A stretch of 64,000 bases of DNA from Eledone cirrhosa (lineage: Eukaryota), in assembly GCA_964016885.1 (NCBI GenBank), contig OZ024740.1:47058001-47122000 (forward strand). Reading direction: 5' to 3'. The translations under genes were made by a program, and so were the position numbers. Shown here in pieces: positions 26,753-40,150 of the stretch (the first letter of the stretch is position 1; each line of letters begins with the position of its first letter). The notes under the pieces were generated by a model. The model made no database searches, was not told the DNA's origin, and worked only from the letters and a program-made list of their open reading frames with translations.

Positions 26753-27974
26753 CTATTATGTTCCTCCTGTTGTGTTGTATGTCTACGCCATTTTTATTTT
26801 ATCTGTTTATTTATTTATTTTTGTCTTCTTCTTTGCGGATGCGTTTGCGTGTGTGTATAGTGTTTGGTGTGTGTGTTCGACACGATTTCATATAAAAAAA
26901 CTCGCAAAACAAATTCATCGCCGTCATTATATATATATATATATATATATATAATAATATAATAATAATAATGAAATTATTGTGTAAAGTGCTCAGGTGC
27001 ACTACAACTCGTCAATATAGTACATAGAATAATACACAAATGCCAGGGAAGTACATGTTTGTATGTGTTAGCTGTAGTGTTGGCGGATCTCGGGAAGCAT
27101 GGAGGCCTTAATATATATATGCACGCGCACACTCATATACATAAATATAAATTACTGACATTTCTAAATTATTTACATCATACACCAAAGTCATAAAAAT
27201 AAACGATGCACAAACGACTAAACAACTATTACACAATAGTTTTATATATTAGAACTGTCAGGAATTGTTATAAACTAATTCTATGTCAGCCACTAATCTT
27301 CTTACAGCAAACCACAACCTAGAAAGAACACTAAATAATAAAATAAAATACACATTATGACACGTTGCAAACTTACCACACTCAGAGAAACTAAAACTTT
27401 GTAACAGAGTATCTATAACTTCATAGTTCTCCGTAGAAAATAAACAAATGTTGAATGTCGACTGACTCTGTCCCTGTGGCGACCAATCTAACTTACGAGT
27501 CAGCGAGGAATTCCCTTTCTGTCATTCGACCTAACAAAGAAGCAGCTAAATCATCTTCAAATGGCACCTCATTATCTCGGAGAAAAACAAAAAAATGAAA
27601 TATTTGATAATAGAGTCTAAGGCGCAGCATATCTAAAAGCAGGACGGGCACGACTAGAACGCCTGTCATAATAGGCCTACTCGATCAGGGCTGATCAGCT
27701 AGTAAATAACTACTACCACTACATTAGCAGGGTTACATACGGCCCTGACACATTAAACGATGGAGCCTCTGACACATTAAACGAAGAACATGCATTGAAT
27801 GATGATGTAGTTATAGATGTACTTCATTTTTGTATTTTTTGTGCAAGATTCTTGGTGGGGAAATCCTATGTTGAAACATATTGTTATACTTTGGGAGCGT
27901 CATGCTGCCAATAAAACTCGTGTTTGGCTTTATTGGCAACATGACATTCCCAAAGTATTTAGATATATTACCAT

Positions 27975-28222
27975 ACTGAGGTTAGCTGGACATGCTCACC
28001 AACATTCAGAGTTGACACTGCACTCAGTGCTCCTGTGGGAGCCTTTGCACGGGGATACTAGAAGCGGGAGACCGATGTTGACATATGTTGATGCCCTAAG
28101 GTCAGACACAGGTCTCTTGGAGACGCAGGACATGGCAGCGATGATGAGGGACAGAGACCGCTGGAGAGGACTCGTCCATGGATCTCGGGAATTTTACCCG
28201 ACATGGATAGATAGATAGATAG
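27975..28222 (+). mobile_element. RTE/RTE-X LINE 3' end
   Basis: LRLAGHAHQHSE..HSVLLWEP.HG..RSGRP..TYVDAL..DTG..M.DRDRWR, with a (GATA)n tail. Confidence 0.8.
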
Positions 28223-28966
28223 AGCGATACTACCATACGTAAAATAAATTAATACAAACAGCATTAATATGGCTGGAATACTTTTGATAATAAGTTTGTT
28301 CTATGAATACAAGATCAAACTTGAGAAAAGAGAAAATATATCATGCCCACATTGCTATACCGCATCCTACGAAAAACAATACAGCGCAATGTACATTCTA
28401 ATGAGGTGAGGAAACGGTATATCTACAGCAGTGAATCTCTAGATTGAAAGTTGTCGTTCGTTGGGTCACCTACAAGTCACAAGTATAATGAAAACTAGGG
28501 GTTAAGAACAACATTAATATATAAATAAAAAGAACATGTTAATATCCTGTAGGCACCCCACGAATACATTAAATGTCTATACGCTTTTTTACCCCTCTGT
28601 AGTTTTCAACATGTATTTGAATTAATGGTTAAAAAGCCAGTTCTCTGGTACAGATAATCCCTAAAAATAATAGTAAAAATATTATTTTCATGTATACAAG
28701 GGATATAATTATTTGTGTGAAACAAACTAGAATTCATGTTGTAAATACATCCGTGAAATGGCGTCATCATGATCATTATCAGGAATATTCAGAACTTGCT
28801 CAATTTCAGAGGAGCTAACAGTGACTAATTCTTCTTACAATTCCTTGCTTGGTGCTTATGTTTTCAACGACTTCCATATATAGAAAACGTATATAGAAGT
28901 CTATTAGGTTTGTTCATCACATTTATTATGAAAAGCTACGTTTCAACCAGTAAGAAAAAAAACAAA

Positions 28967-29161
<195 letters not shown>

Positions 29162-29449
29162 TTGATGTGTCTTAAGGATATATGAATTTGAAACAGAATC
29201 TGAGAATGACAATGCTCAGTGCAGATCTACGAGGGAAAACACAGAGAAAACGGGATTAAGAGCAACGCTTAGTATGGCAAGTCTTATGGTTATACAGTGT
29301 TGCAGGCAAATTATTTTACTATAATTAGAGACAAAGAGCTGGTGTAGCTTGGGCAGTAGAATTTTGTTGACTTAAGACTGAACACATTTTAGCGGCTGCT
29401 ATCCAGTGTGTGTGTGTGTGCGTCTGAATGACTTAGTATACGTGTTTAT

Positions 29450-29488
29450 GTATGTTCTAGTTTTATTACTTTATTAATTTCCTCCAAT

Positions 29489-29519
<31 letters not shown>

Positions 29520-29520
29520 A

Positions 29521-29551
<31 letters not shown>

Positions 29552-30420
29552 GACGGTTTCTAACATAGAAACAAGACAGTGGAATTTAGACAAAATCGAC
29601 TAAGTAAATGCATATGCCTGTATGTGTATGTGTGTGTGTGTGCATGTGTGCGTGTATGTGCGTGTGTGTGCAAGTATAGGTGTTGTTGCATGTGCAAATC
29701 TGGATATTTTGAGTTAGATGTATATACGTGAATACGTTTCTGTATCTATACATGTGTTATATACAGTTATTACACGCTGAATTGCTGAAATGTTTTACAT
29801 ATTTTTACAGTTCCATTAATAGACTGTACTTGCAACTTCCTTATTAGCTCTTTTGGTTCTGTGAAGTCCATTTTCTCAAGATTTGTACTGAAGCAGTTAG
29901 TGACATATCCCCAAACCCTAATTATCACAGGTTCAATTCTAAAAGTTTAGTCGGAGTGGAGTGTCTGCGGATTCCTCATTAGTTCATCTAATCTTTAGCA
30001 TTATAATGCCAGCAATTTTGGGGGACGGAAAAGTCGATTAAATCGGTTCCAGTGCGTGACTGGTACTTCATTTTATCGACCCCATAAGGATGAAAGGTAA
30101 AGTTAACCTCGGCGGGATTTGAACTCAGATCACAAAGGGCTCTTTGCTGCAAAGAATGGCATCCGACTCTCTACCGATACTGCCAAATCCACCGCCCAGT
30201 AGCATTATAATGACATCTGCTGGGCAGCTGATTTTCACTGATGTTAAGCCTCTGCCTCCATTTTTAGGTAGAGGCGTTCAATATTATTGTTGATGTAGAA
30301 ATGTTTAGTGCTGGTCAGAACTTTTCAGGTTTTAACATCAATGGTTCGGATCTCATCTAGCATCCAGTCAAATAGTCTGTTCATATAGCCAACAGAGGGA
30401 TCCTTTTCTGCCATTTTATA
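29450..30420 (-). mobile_element. R4/Dong-like 3' fragments with a nested Meta-SINE (30010-30199)
   Basis: Homologous to 31062-31728. The SINE is flanked by a 13-bp TSD, TAGCATTATAATG (29997-30009 and 30200-30212). Confidence 0.7.
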
Positions 30421-30507
30421 ACAATGTATGTATGTATGTATGTATGTATGTATGTATGTATGTATGTATGTATGTATGTATGTATGTATGTATGTATGTA
30501 TGTGTGT

Positions 30508-31050
30508 ATGTCGCGTCACTCTTGAGTGTTACTGGTAACATGTAACCCAGTACAACCTGTCGCATGGTCGGGTCGTCGGCGACTAAACCGGCAACCCCAC
30601 CAAGTTTACTTGGTGAGGAGGGTGATTTTCGACACTCTGCACGACAAAAAACAAAACCTGACAAAGGGCAGAAGAACTCATAAGAGTCAACGGGCATCCG
30701 AAAGTGTGTAAATATGTATATACACATGTACCGGGCGGTTAAACCACTGGGAGTGAAGGATCCCTAGCCTTTGTCAGGGAATTTTTCTAGAAGGCAACTC
30801 AGGAAACTGGGATAACTCCGATATAAAACCTGCGGCTCAGTAGTTACCGATGATGTTGATCTTTTCTTCTTTTCGGGTTATAGCTACTGTCGCTCAGAGA
30901 GTGTGATTGGCTCAGTGCACAATCTTTCCTCACTTTAAAAAATATCTTCACGCTCAGGCATTGCACGATAGAATTAATTAAGATTTATTAATAATGGTAT
31001 ATCGTGCAATGGCCATACTCGATAACGAAGGGGCAGCCTTTATCATCATG
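30508..31050 (+). mobile_element. Diverged copy of the (TATG)n-associated non-autonomous retroposon
   Basis: Shares GGTCGGGTCGTCGGCGACTAAACCGGCAACCCCACC and CTTGGTGAGGAGGGTGA with 32917-33527. Confidence 0.75.
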
Positions 31051-31061
31051 TATGTATGTAT

Positions 31062-31728
31062 GTTCTTCTGGTTTTATAATTTCACAAATTTTTACCATTA
31101 GAGAGAGTCGGTTTATAACATAGACACAAGACTCCCTCATTGGAATTTAGACAACATCAACTAGGTAGATATGTATGCATGTCTGCATGCATGCATGTGT
31201 GTGCAGGTATGGATGTTATTGTATGTGTAGATGTGTATGTTTTGAGTTGTTTGTGTTCATGTGCATATGCTTTGTATCTGTACATGTGTACTTGCTATTA
31301 TTAGATGCAGAAGTTTTGGAATGTTTTACATATTTTTACTGTTCCATTAATGGATTGTACTTGTAATTTCCTAACTAGTAGTGTTCTTTCTGTTTCTGTG
31401 AAGCTCAGCTTCTCAAGCTTTGTACTAGATATATCCCAATGCTCCAATAATCACAGGTATAAATCTGAAGGTACAGTCAGGGTGGATTATCTGCAGATTT
31501 CTCATTAGTTCTGCATAGATATTCTCCTTTTCACTAATCTTTAATATTATATTGGCATCTGCTGGACAGCTAACTTCCACTACCGTGCATGCCGTCTTTT
31601 CCCTGTCCCATATCCTTATATCTGGTCTGTTATGCCTGCATTTTATTGGGGCTTTTACTGGAACATTCCGCCAGTACTCTTTCATATTATTTATATATTT
31701 ATGTCTTCCACATTGCTGTAGATTTTAA
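31062..31728 (-). mobile_element. R4/Dong-like 3' fragment in (TATG)n
   Basis: EYWRNVPVKAPIKCRHNRPDIRIWDREK...VEVSCP (PD-(D/E)xK endonuclease) and its 3' UTR. Confidence 0.8.
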
Positions 31729-31777
31729 TGTATGTATGTATGTATGTATGTATGTATGTATGTATGTATGTATGTAT

Positions 31778-31968
31778 GTCACTTGCCGTCACAGGGTACA
31801 ATGGGCCCAGCACTATGTGTCAGTAATTGTCACAAGTGTAGTGTTTGTACCAGAGTTTTCAAGTCGCTGGCTAGACTAAAATGTCACACTCGTTCAGCGC
31901 ATCAGTAGGGGTTCTCCTACATGGATATAAAGTAGTGGCCGTACTCGAAAACGAGTTGGCAGCCACCA
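31778..31968 (+). mobile_element. Heavily 5'-truncated (TATG)n-associated retroposon
   Basis: Matches the last ~190 bp of 32917-33527. Confidence 0.85.
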
Positions 31969-31989
31969 TGTATGTATGTATGTATATAT

Positions 31990-32290
31990 ATCTCTTTCTC
32001 TTAATTTTGAGTATATTTTTTTTTTGACCGGTCACCTTCCTGGTGGCAAGGTTGTAAAAGAAAAGAAATTGTCATCCCTTGAATCGCAAGAATGTTTTGC
32101 AAATTTTGAAGGTGCCAGCTATCGCAGCCATTTGTAGACTATGAATTAGGGAGCTGCACTTTTTGTCCGCAAATCCGAGTTCAGTCATACTTTGGTACAG
32201 AACACGCTTTCAATGTGTGGTCCCAAACAACAATATCAGGCCGGTTGTGCTTTAATTTGGTGGCAGTTTTTATTTTCAGGTTCCACCAGT
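31990..32290 (-). mobile_element. Second R4/Dong-like family fragment
   Basis: [24 protein letters not shown]. The 3' end is shared with 58483-58570. Confidence 0.7.
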
Positions 32291-32356
32291 ATGTATGTAT
32301 GTATGTATGTATGTATGTATGTATGTATGTATGTATGTATGTATGTATGTATGTAT

Positions 32357-32903
32357 GTCGGGTCGTTGCGACTAAACTGGCAACCCCACCAAGGTTTCTT
32401 GGTGAGGAGGGTGACTTTGGACATCCTGCAGGACTAAAAACAAAACCTGTCAAAGGGAAAAGGAGCTCTTAAGAGTCAATGGCCATCCAAAATCACCGGG
32501 AGAGATGACCCCTTAATCTTTGTCAAGGCAGAATTCTAGAAGGAAAACTCTGATATAACACCTGCAACCCTGATGGTATCCAATGATGTTGACTTGTTCT
32601 TCTTTTTGGTAAATATCATCTTGGTTAAGAGAGTGGGACTGGCTTTATGCAGTGCCTTTGCTCACTATAAAAGCTTCACGGCATAGGCATTGCTTTATAT
32701 CTGGAGATCTCTCTGCACTTGTCATCACATGGTACCATGGGCCCAGCACTATGTGTCAATAATTGTCACAAGTGTAGTGTTTGTACCAGAGTTTTCAAGT
32801 CGCTGGCTGGACTAAAAAGTCACACTTGTTCAGCGCATCGGTAGGGGTTCTCCTACATGGATATAAAGTAGTGGCCGTACTCGAAAACGAGTTGGCAGCC
32901 ACC
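32357..32903 (+). mobile_element. (TATG)n-associated retroposon copy
   Basis: Head-to-tail with 32917-33527 and ends GAGTTGGCAGCCACCA(TGTA)n. Confidence 0.88.
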
Positions 32904-32916
32904 ATGTATGTATGTA

Positions 32917-33527
32917 TGTCAGGTCAACAGTTGGTGCTACTGGTAACATGTATCCCAGTACAACCTGTCTCATGGTCGGGTCGTTGGCGACTAAACTGGC
33001 AACCCCACCAAGGTTTCTTGGTGAGGAGGGTGAATTTTGGTCATCCTGCAGGACTAAAAATAAAACCTGTCAAAGAGCAAAGGAGCTCTTAAGAGTCAAT
33101 GACCATCCAAACTCACCGGGAGAAATGACCCCTTAGCCTTTGTCAAGGCAGAATTCTAGGAGAAGGAAAACTCTGATATAACACCTGCAACTCTGATGGT
33201 ATCCAATGATGTTGACTTGTTCTTCTTTTTGGTAAATATCATCTTGATTAAGATAGTGGGACTGGCTTTGTGCAGTGCCTTTGCTCACTATAAAAGCTTC
33301 ACGGCACAGGCATTGCTTTATATCTGGAGATCTCTCTGCACTTGTCATCACATGGTACCATGGGCCCAGCACTATGTGTCAATAATTGTCACAAGTGTAG
33401 TGTTTGTACCAGAGTTTTCAAGTCGCTGGCTGGACTAAAAAGTCACACTCGTTCAGCGCATCCGTAGGGGTTCTCCTACATGGATATAAAGTAGTGGCCG
33501 TACTCGAAAACGAGTTGGCAGCCACCA
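32917..33527 (+). mobile_element. (TATG)n-associated retroposon, longest copy (~610 bp)
   Basis: Same boundaries as the reverse copy at 38622-39230. Confidence 0.88.
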
Positions 33528-34599
33528 TGTATGTATGTATGTGTCTGTGAGTGTGAGTGTGTGCGTGTGTGTGAGTGTGTGTATGTGCGTGTATGTGCGC
33601 GCGCCGCGTGCGCGTGTGTGTTTCAATGAACTTCTTCCCTGTATGTGAACAGTACTCTGCGGATGGGTGTATTTGCTTTAAAGGGTTATGGTAGAATGTT
33701 TTGAGCGGAATTATTCTCTGGCTCCGAAGAGAAACTCAAGTTATGTTGATATCTAATCGGTTAAATGAAGATTTGTAAATTTTATTTTAGGAAAAATAAA
33801 TATCTGAAATGTTATATTTCGTGTTATGTATTGTTCTTTATGATATCTTATGAAAATCCTAAAATCTTAAAAGCTTTTGGATTTGTATAGTGTTTATGTT
33901 TTATGTGTTAAATAATGTTACACTGAATTATTAAGTCTCAAGTTGCGAGATGATTTAGAGCTTCCCATTCATGCTAGAGCTTCCCATTCATGCTAGGAAG
34001 TAATAACACTGCTTGTTGGAAATTAGATAGAAGGCTTGGTTCATCAGTAAAGATGTGTGGTTAAAGTTGACATTCGAATAGAAAAAGCGAGAGAGATGTT
34101 AGACAATAATAGAACTACTTATCTGATTTTATATTCTAGTCTGATCTTAAGAAGGTTGTCAATTTTGGTAAGAATTAGTTTCTTGTGAATAGGAAAGTAT
34201 AGTAATGGATTTAGATATGAGTTAAACTATCTACAAATAAGAACTCACACTCAATAGGGCTTCAAAATAATTAAATTCCAGAATAGTTTGCGATTTTTGT
34301 GAGATCTTTTGCAGTAATCATTTAACAAGTGGTCTTTGTATGAATTAGGGAAGTGAACAGCTTTTCAAAATTTATCAGATCAAATTATGGTTGAGTGATG
34401 TTCTGTTAAAGTGTTTAGTTTTTATATATTTTAACCATTCTAAGAGAATAGTTACATAGGATCTGATTTACGTTTAAGATGTCTGGGAATATGAGAGTGT
34501 GAGTATTGAACTTGATGCTCTTTTGAAATTATGTCTAACGAAACTTAACGAATCTAATAAGGCCAATCCCTGTATATATATATATATATATATATATAT

Positions 34600-35482
34600 G
34601 ATAATAATGGAGCTGCGGCGCTGCAAATGGGTTACATATGAAAAAGTTTGTCCTCATCAGTGGCCATCCAACCGTCGTAGGCATTTCGTCGCATTAAAGG
34701 CCATATACCTCAGGTTGGTGCGAGCAACGGCTAAAAAAAAAGTCGTTGGGACACGTAAATAAAGGGGACGCTAGGGTAAACAAACAAAATGGTTTAAGCA
34801 GCAGAAAGAGAGGAAGAAGGAAACAAGTCCCAGATTTCTATGAATATAAATTCGGTGGAATCGTGAACGAGAGAATAAAGACCATCAAACCTGGTTGAAA
34901 TGTGAGCAAGGAAGGAAGGCTAACAGAGAGAGACTGCTAGAAAGGGTAAATACACAAAGATCTTTACCCTTTCTAGCAGTCTCTCTCTGTTAGCCTCTTC
35001 CTCACCTTTCACTCACTCACTCTCTGTCACTACCTCTCCTCCTCCCCTTTCTTCCCGTTTGACCTGTCCACAATCCTTTTCTCGCGGGTACTTGGCCAAG
35101 CCGGTATGAATTTTTTTCTCTCTCTCTCTCGTCTGCGACTTCACAGAACTTATGTTTACCGAATTCGCAGACCAGACCCCTTCTTCCTCCCGTTAGACCT
35201 GTGCGAAATTCCTTCCTTGCTCACATTTCAACCAGGTTTGATGGTCTTTATTCTCTCGTTCACGATTCCACCGAATTTATATTCATAGAAATCTGGGACT
35301 TGTTTCTTTCTTCCTCTCTTTCTGCTGCTTAAACTATTTTGTTTGTTTACCCTAGCGTCCCCTTTATTTACGTGTCCCAACGACTTTTTTTTTAGCCGTT
35401 GCTCGCACCAACCTGAGGTATATGGCCTTTAATGCGACGAAATGCCTACGACGGTTGGATGGCCACTGATGAGGACAAACTT

Positions 35483-35490
<8 letters not shown>
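34600..35490. mobile_element. Large fold-back element in (TA)n with a permuted HHR in each arm
   Basis: Arms 34636-34916 and 35210-35490, with an inner hairpin at 34917-34996. Confidence 0.9.
35408..35478 (+). ncRNA. Candidate non-circularly permuted hammerhead (mirror copy 34613-34718, minus)
   Basis: CCAACC..AGGTAT-A-TGGCC..GCGAC-GAAA-TGCCT..GGTTGG..GGCCA-CTGATGA-G. Confidence 0.6.
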
Positions 35491-35529
<39 letters not shown>

Positions 35530-35765
35530 ATAAAGATTCAGCGAGAATCGCATTTCGGCGGGCAGGAAAGCGAAGCGAAATGCAAAAATCAGAAATGATA
35601 CTGGCAAAGTGCTCAATAGTTAAAAACCAGAGCTAAACAATGTGTTAAGAAGCCATACAAAACTGAAAACGTGGTCAAGAAACCATTAACCACCCAAGCC
35701 CAAAACCAAATCAAGCTAAACAGGTCAAAACAAAATAAAATAAATGATAAAAAATAAATGATAAC

Positions 35766-35809
<44 letters not shown>

Positions 35810-35813
<4 letters not shown>

Positions 35814-36168
35814 GGAAAACCAAAAATGTGATGCATCGAAACACAATTTATTAACGTATTAAAATTGTTTCTCCGGCGAACAACTCGAAGTACGATCTAT
35901 TTGTGGATCGAACCTGACTCTGGATAGTTCCTCAGATACGTCTAGCGACTTCAAAGTAAATTCTCTGTCGGAACAAAGTCAGGTTCGATCCACAAATAGA
36001 TCGCACCTCGAGCTGTTCGCCAGAGAAACAATTGTAATACGTTAATAAATTGTGTTCCGATGCATCACTGATTCTTCGTTTTCCATATTATTATACTCTG
36101 CTCTGAAGGACCATAGAGTGCTCAACCGGCATACCGCCTATGGATGCATCCAAGCAACCTTACTACAA
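35810..36168. mobile_element. Fold-back pLTR with a long-stem-II type I HHR (35854-35941, minus)
   Basis: Arms ~35810-35919 and ~35977-36090. Reverse complement ACGTAT-CTGAGGA-...-GAAA-CAATT(T/G)-TA-ATACGT. Confidence 0.8.
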
Positions 36169-36188
36169 ATATATATATATATATATAT

Positions 36189-36786
36189 AATTTCCAATCT
36201 TTGTAAATGGAAACCGCTGGTAATAGCATTATGAGCAGGTAGATATTTAAATCATTTTTTAATTTATTTAAAGGATTGTTTAATGTTTGTTTGTTCTGCT
36301 CATCAATTTTTATAGTTCTGGTATCTCGAATTAGTACCATAGAACAACAATTATATTATAGACACCCTATATATCTCTATGGGTACTTAGTACTCACTGA
36401 GATATTTACCTCATTTTTATATATTCTCCAATCTATGTAGAAAAAAAATTCGTTGTTGCTTACTGTTATTTTTCTAGCAGCCAAGCCATCAACAAGTCTG
36501 TAATATTCCTGCTTTCACTAGCGGCCGGTTCACGTGTGGGTCACTTTAACGGCCATAACTCATACGAGCTGGTAGTTGGCATTATATTTGTGGACCGTGG
36601 GACGTATGTCCTATAGAAAGGAAATAGCTATCTGATGAAATTTATTTTCCGTTGGAAATTCTCTGAATTTCCAATCTTTGTAAATGGAAACCGCCGGTAA
36701 TAGCATTATGAACAGGTAGATATTTAAATCATTTTTTAATTTATTTAAAGGATTGTTTAATGTTTGTTTGTTCTGCTCATCAATTT
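36189..36786 (+). mobile_element. Retrozyme-like element (477-bp unit, 121-bp terminal redundancy) in (TA)n
   Basis: 36189-36309 recurs at 36666-36786. Confidence 0.85.
36627..36704 (+). ncRNA. Type I hammerhead ribozyme
   Basis: GCTAT-CTGATGA-(48-nt stem II region)-GAAA-CCGCCGG-TA-ATAGC. Confidence 0.75.
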
Positions 36787-38476
36787 ATATATATATATTG
36801 CATTCGTTAGCTTGGCCGCGAACTAAAGCTTCGTTAATGCTGTACTAAAATTTGTATTTTACTCCTAGAATTAACGATTAACTGATTAATTTAATCAGAC
36901 GATTCTATTGATTGATTAATTGTTTATGTTTGTTTGATAACTTCTGGCTGAGTGCTTAATTCGGTTTGTCTAAAGGAATTCATTCCTTTGTCTCAAGTTG
37001 GAATTCACCGCCAAAGCGGCCCCCCCCCCCCCCCCCACTGGAGAAAACCACGTGTCTATAGCGAAATTTTATGCTAGAGCATACCCGCAGAGGCTAAAGA
37101 ACACAAGACTTGCTGAAGAAGTAAATCCTTTGTTCTGTCGACAAAAACTATTAACTTGCAGACTCATGCAAGCGGAATTTGTCGATCTTGGATTTGCAGA
37201 AACCTAGCGCTGATGTTGTGTGCTGTATGTGATGTATATCGTGTGCTATACCATATGCATTATATATTTTGCATTCAGTCTCACCGTTTTGTCCAGGTCA
37301 GTCTAAAATCTTTTCCTGAGTCCTGTATTTTCGTTGCTCTGGTGATGCGGCTGGACTGCCGATCGCTATATTGCTGAAGTCGACTCGTAAGTAATGGATC
37401 AAATTAGAGTTTTACGCGTATGAAGAAGGATTATTTCAGTTGGTAACATTGTGTTGTCTGAAGAGATTGCAAGCTTCTGTATTCATCATAATTGCTTATG
37501 TAATTACATAATCCTTATAGTCCCTCATTTCGATCTGGACTAGAGACTAGAGATAGTTAATACCAAGATTATATATAAAGGAGCCAGCCTTTAGACGATC
37601 ACTCCATGTGCTATAAATTGACAACTTTCCCTCAAAACACACGCTACCACTTAAAGGAAAGAAGAATGTCACATTACATAATGTGACTCTAAATAGATTA
37701 ATAGATAAATAGCTACGACTCGAACACCTTTTATCAATTATGAGTTGGTGTTACAGAACCAGAACAACTATAATAATAACAACCACAATAAGCAATTAAA
37801 TAAGAAATTTCAGTATATTATCACTAACAGGGTATTATAGCTATGTTACACACTTATTGCATCGATTCACCTAACTTCAAACTATGTTTTTACAAATTTC
37901 ATATTTGTTATGTATGTATGCAGTGGTGGACTGGACAGGTTCCCAGGTTGCCTAATGGCAAGTGGGCCCCAGGAGGTCCACGGTAGCATTGCAGGGCCCA
38001 TTCAAGTATTTTAGGGGCCAATGCTTTGCTTTCAAAAAATACCTGAAGTCTAAGAGAAAGAATAAAATAAAAAAATAAAATAAAATAAACCAATTAAGCA
38101 AAGCATTTGGTCAACCAATTCAACCCAGGGAATTAATAGAAACCAAAATATAAAATAGTGCAAATAGCTGGAATCAGTGGTTGTACATTCTACTAAATCT
38201 AAAGCTTAATGTATTCATTCTGCATGCAAACATACATATATAGACACAGGCCCACAAGCATATATATATATATATACATATATATAGTGGTAGAACATAT
38301 ATATATATATATATACATATATATATAGTGGTAGAACACTGGAAGGTAATATCCGTATTGGTAGAGCACTCAGTCCATGGAACGAGTTAGGTAGAAGTGG
38401 TTACACAACAGTTAGTTCACCATACCGAGAACAATTGTTTCACCTTAGCGGATTCCTCAGGATTACGAGCTGAGGA

Positions 38477-38531
<55 letters not shown>

Positions 38532-38621
38532 TTACACATACACACGAACTACTAACCAAATAATGTTTGGTTTCAATCTGTCAAATCAACTAGTAGTGAA
38601 GGTGGTGTGTGTATATATATA

Positions 38622-39230
38622 TGGTGGCTGCCAACTCGTTTTCGAGTACAGCCACTACTTCATATCCATGTAGGAGAACCCCTACCGATGTGCTGAACGA
38701 GTGTGACTTTTTAGTCCAGCCAGCAACTTGAAAACTCTGGTTCAAACACTGCACTTGTGACAATTATTGACACATAGTGCTGGGCCCATGGTACCATGTG
38801 ACAACAAGTGCAGAGATATCTCCAGATATAAAGCAATGTCTGTGCCGTGAAGCTTTTATAGTGAGCAAAGGCACTGCACAAAGCCAGTCCCACTCTCTTA
38901 ACCAAGATGATATTTACCAAAAAGAAGAACAAGTCAACATCATTGGATACCATCAGGGTTGCAGGTGTTATATCAGAGTTTTTCTTCTCTTAGAATTCTG
39001 CCTTGACAAAGGCTAAGGGGTCATCTGTCCCGGTGATTTTGGATGGCCATTGACTCTTAAGAGCTCCTTTGCTCTTTGACAGGTTTTGTTTTTAGTCCTG
39101 CAGTATGTCCAAAGTCACCCTCCTCACCAAGAAACCTTGGTGGGGTTGCCAGTTTAGTCGCCAACGACCCGACAATGAGACAGGTTGCACTGGGATACAT
39201 GTTACCAGTAGCACCAACTGTTGACCTGAC
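38622..39230 (-). mobile_element. (TATG)n-associated retroposon copy
   Basis: Reverse complement of 32917-33527. Confidence 0.88.
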
Positions 39231-39488
39231 ATGTGTATATATATATAGATATATGTTTATATGTTATATGTGTGTGTATGTATATGTATGTATCTATATA
39301 TGTGTGTGTGTATGTATGTGCATATGTGTATATATGTGTGTACATATATGTATGTTTCTGTATGTGTATATGTATGTATGTATGTATGTATGTAGATGTA
39401 TATATATATATATATATATACGTATATATGTGTCTTTATGTGTTTCTGTGTACATGTATATATATATGTGTATGTGTGTGTATGTATG

Positions 39489-39553
<65 letters not shown>

Positions 39554-39690
39554 ATGTATGTGTATATATGTATGTGTGTATGTATGTGTTTGTATGTGTA
39601 TGTGTATGTGTATGTGTATGTATATATATATATATGTATGTGTATATATATAGATATATATATATATGTGTGTATGTGTCTGTATGTGTT

Positions 39691-39735
<45 letters not shown>

Positions 39736-39834
39736 ATGCCTCTCTATATATATATATATGTGTGTGTGTGTATGCATGGATGTGTGAACGGATGTATATA
39801 TACGGACGTATGTATGTGTGTGTGTGTGTGTGCA

Positions 39835-39878
<44 letters not shown>

Positions 39879-40150
39879 CGTGTATGTGTATATATGTATA
39901 TTTAGTTATGTATCTTTATGTGTGTATATGTATGTATATGTATGTATGTATGTATATATATACCCATGTGGAGGTATGAGTACATATTCGTGTGTGTACG
40001 TATGTGTATATGTGTTTTTATATGTGTCTTTATATGTTTTTATGTATGTATGTGGATGTATATGTACATGGGTGTGTGATTGATGTTGTGTGCCTATATA
40101 TTCCTACATATGCCCGTGTGTGTATGTACGTATATACGCACATATGTGTG
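39231..40150. repeat. Degenerate (TA)/(TG) low-complexity array
   Basis: Directly visible. Confidence 0.95.

Noticed and set aside
30424-33545. CRISPR-like alternation of repeats and spacers
   Set aside because: The repeats are variable-length microsatellites and the spacers are retroelement copies. There are no cas genes and the context is eukaryotic.
38425-38480. HHR-like CTGAGGA-ATCC..GGT-GAAA-CAATTG-TT (minus)
   Set aside because: Stem I cannot be paired, so it is probably truncated. It is not listed as a ribozyme.
39076-40083. 335-aa ORF and the many YI/CV/HT-rich ORFs across the window
   Set aside because: They are translations of (TA)n, (TG)n and (TATG)n arrays.
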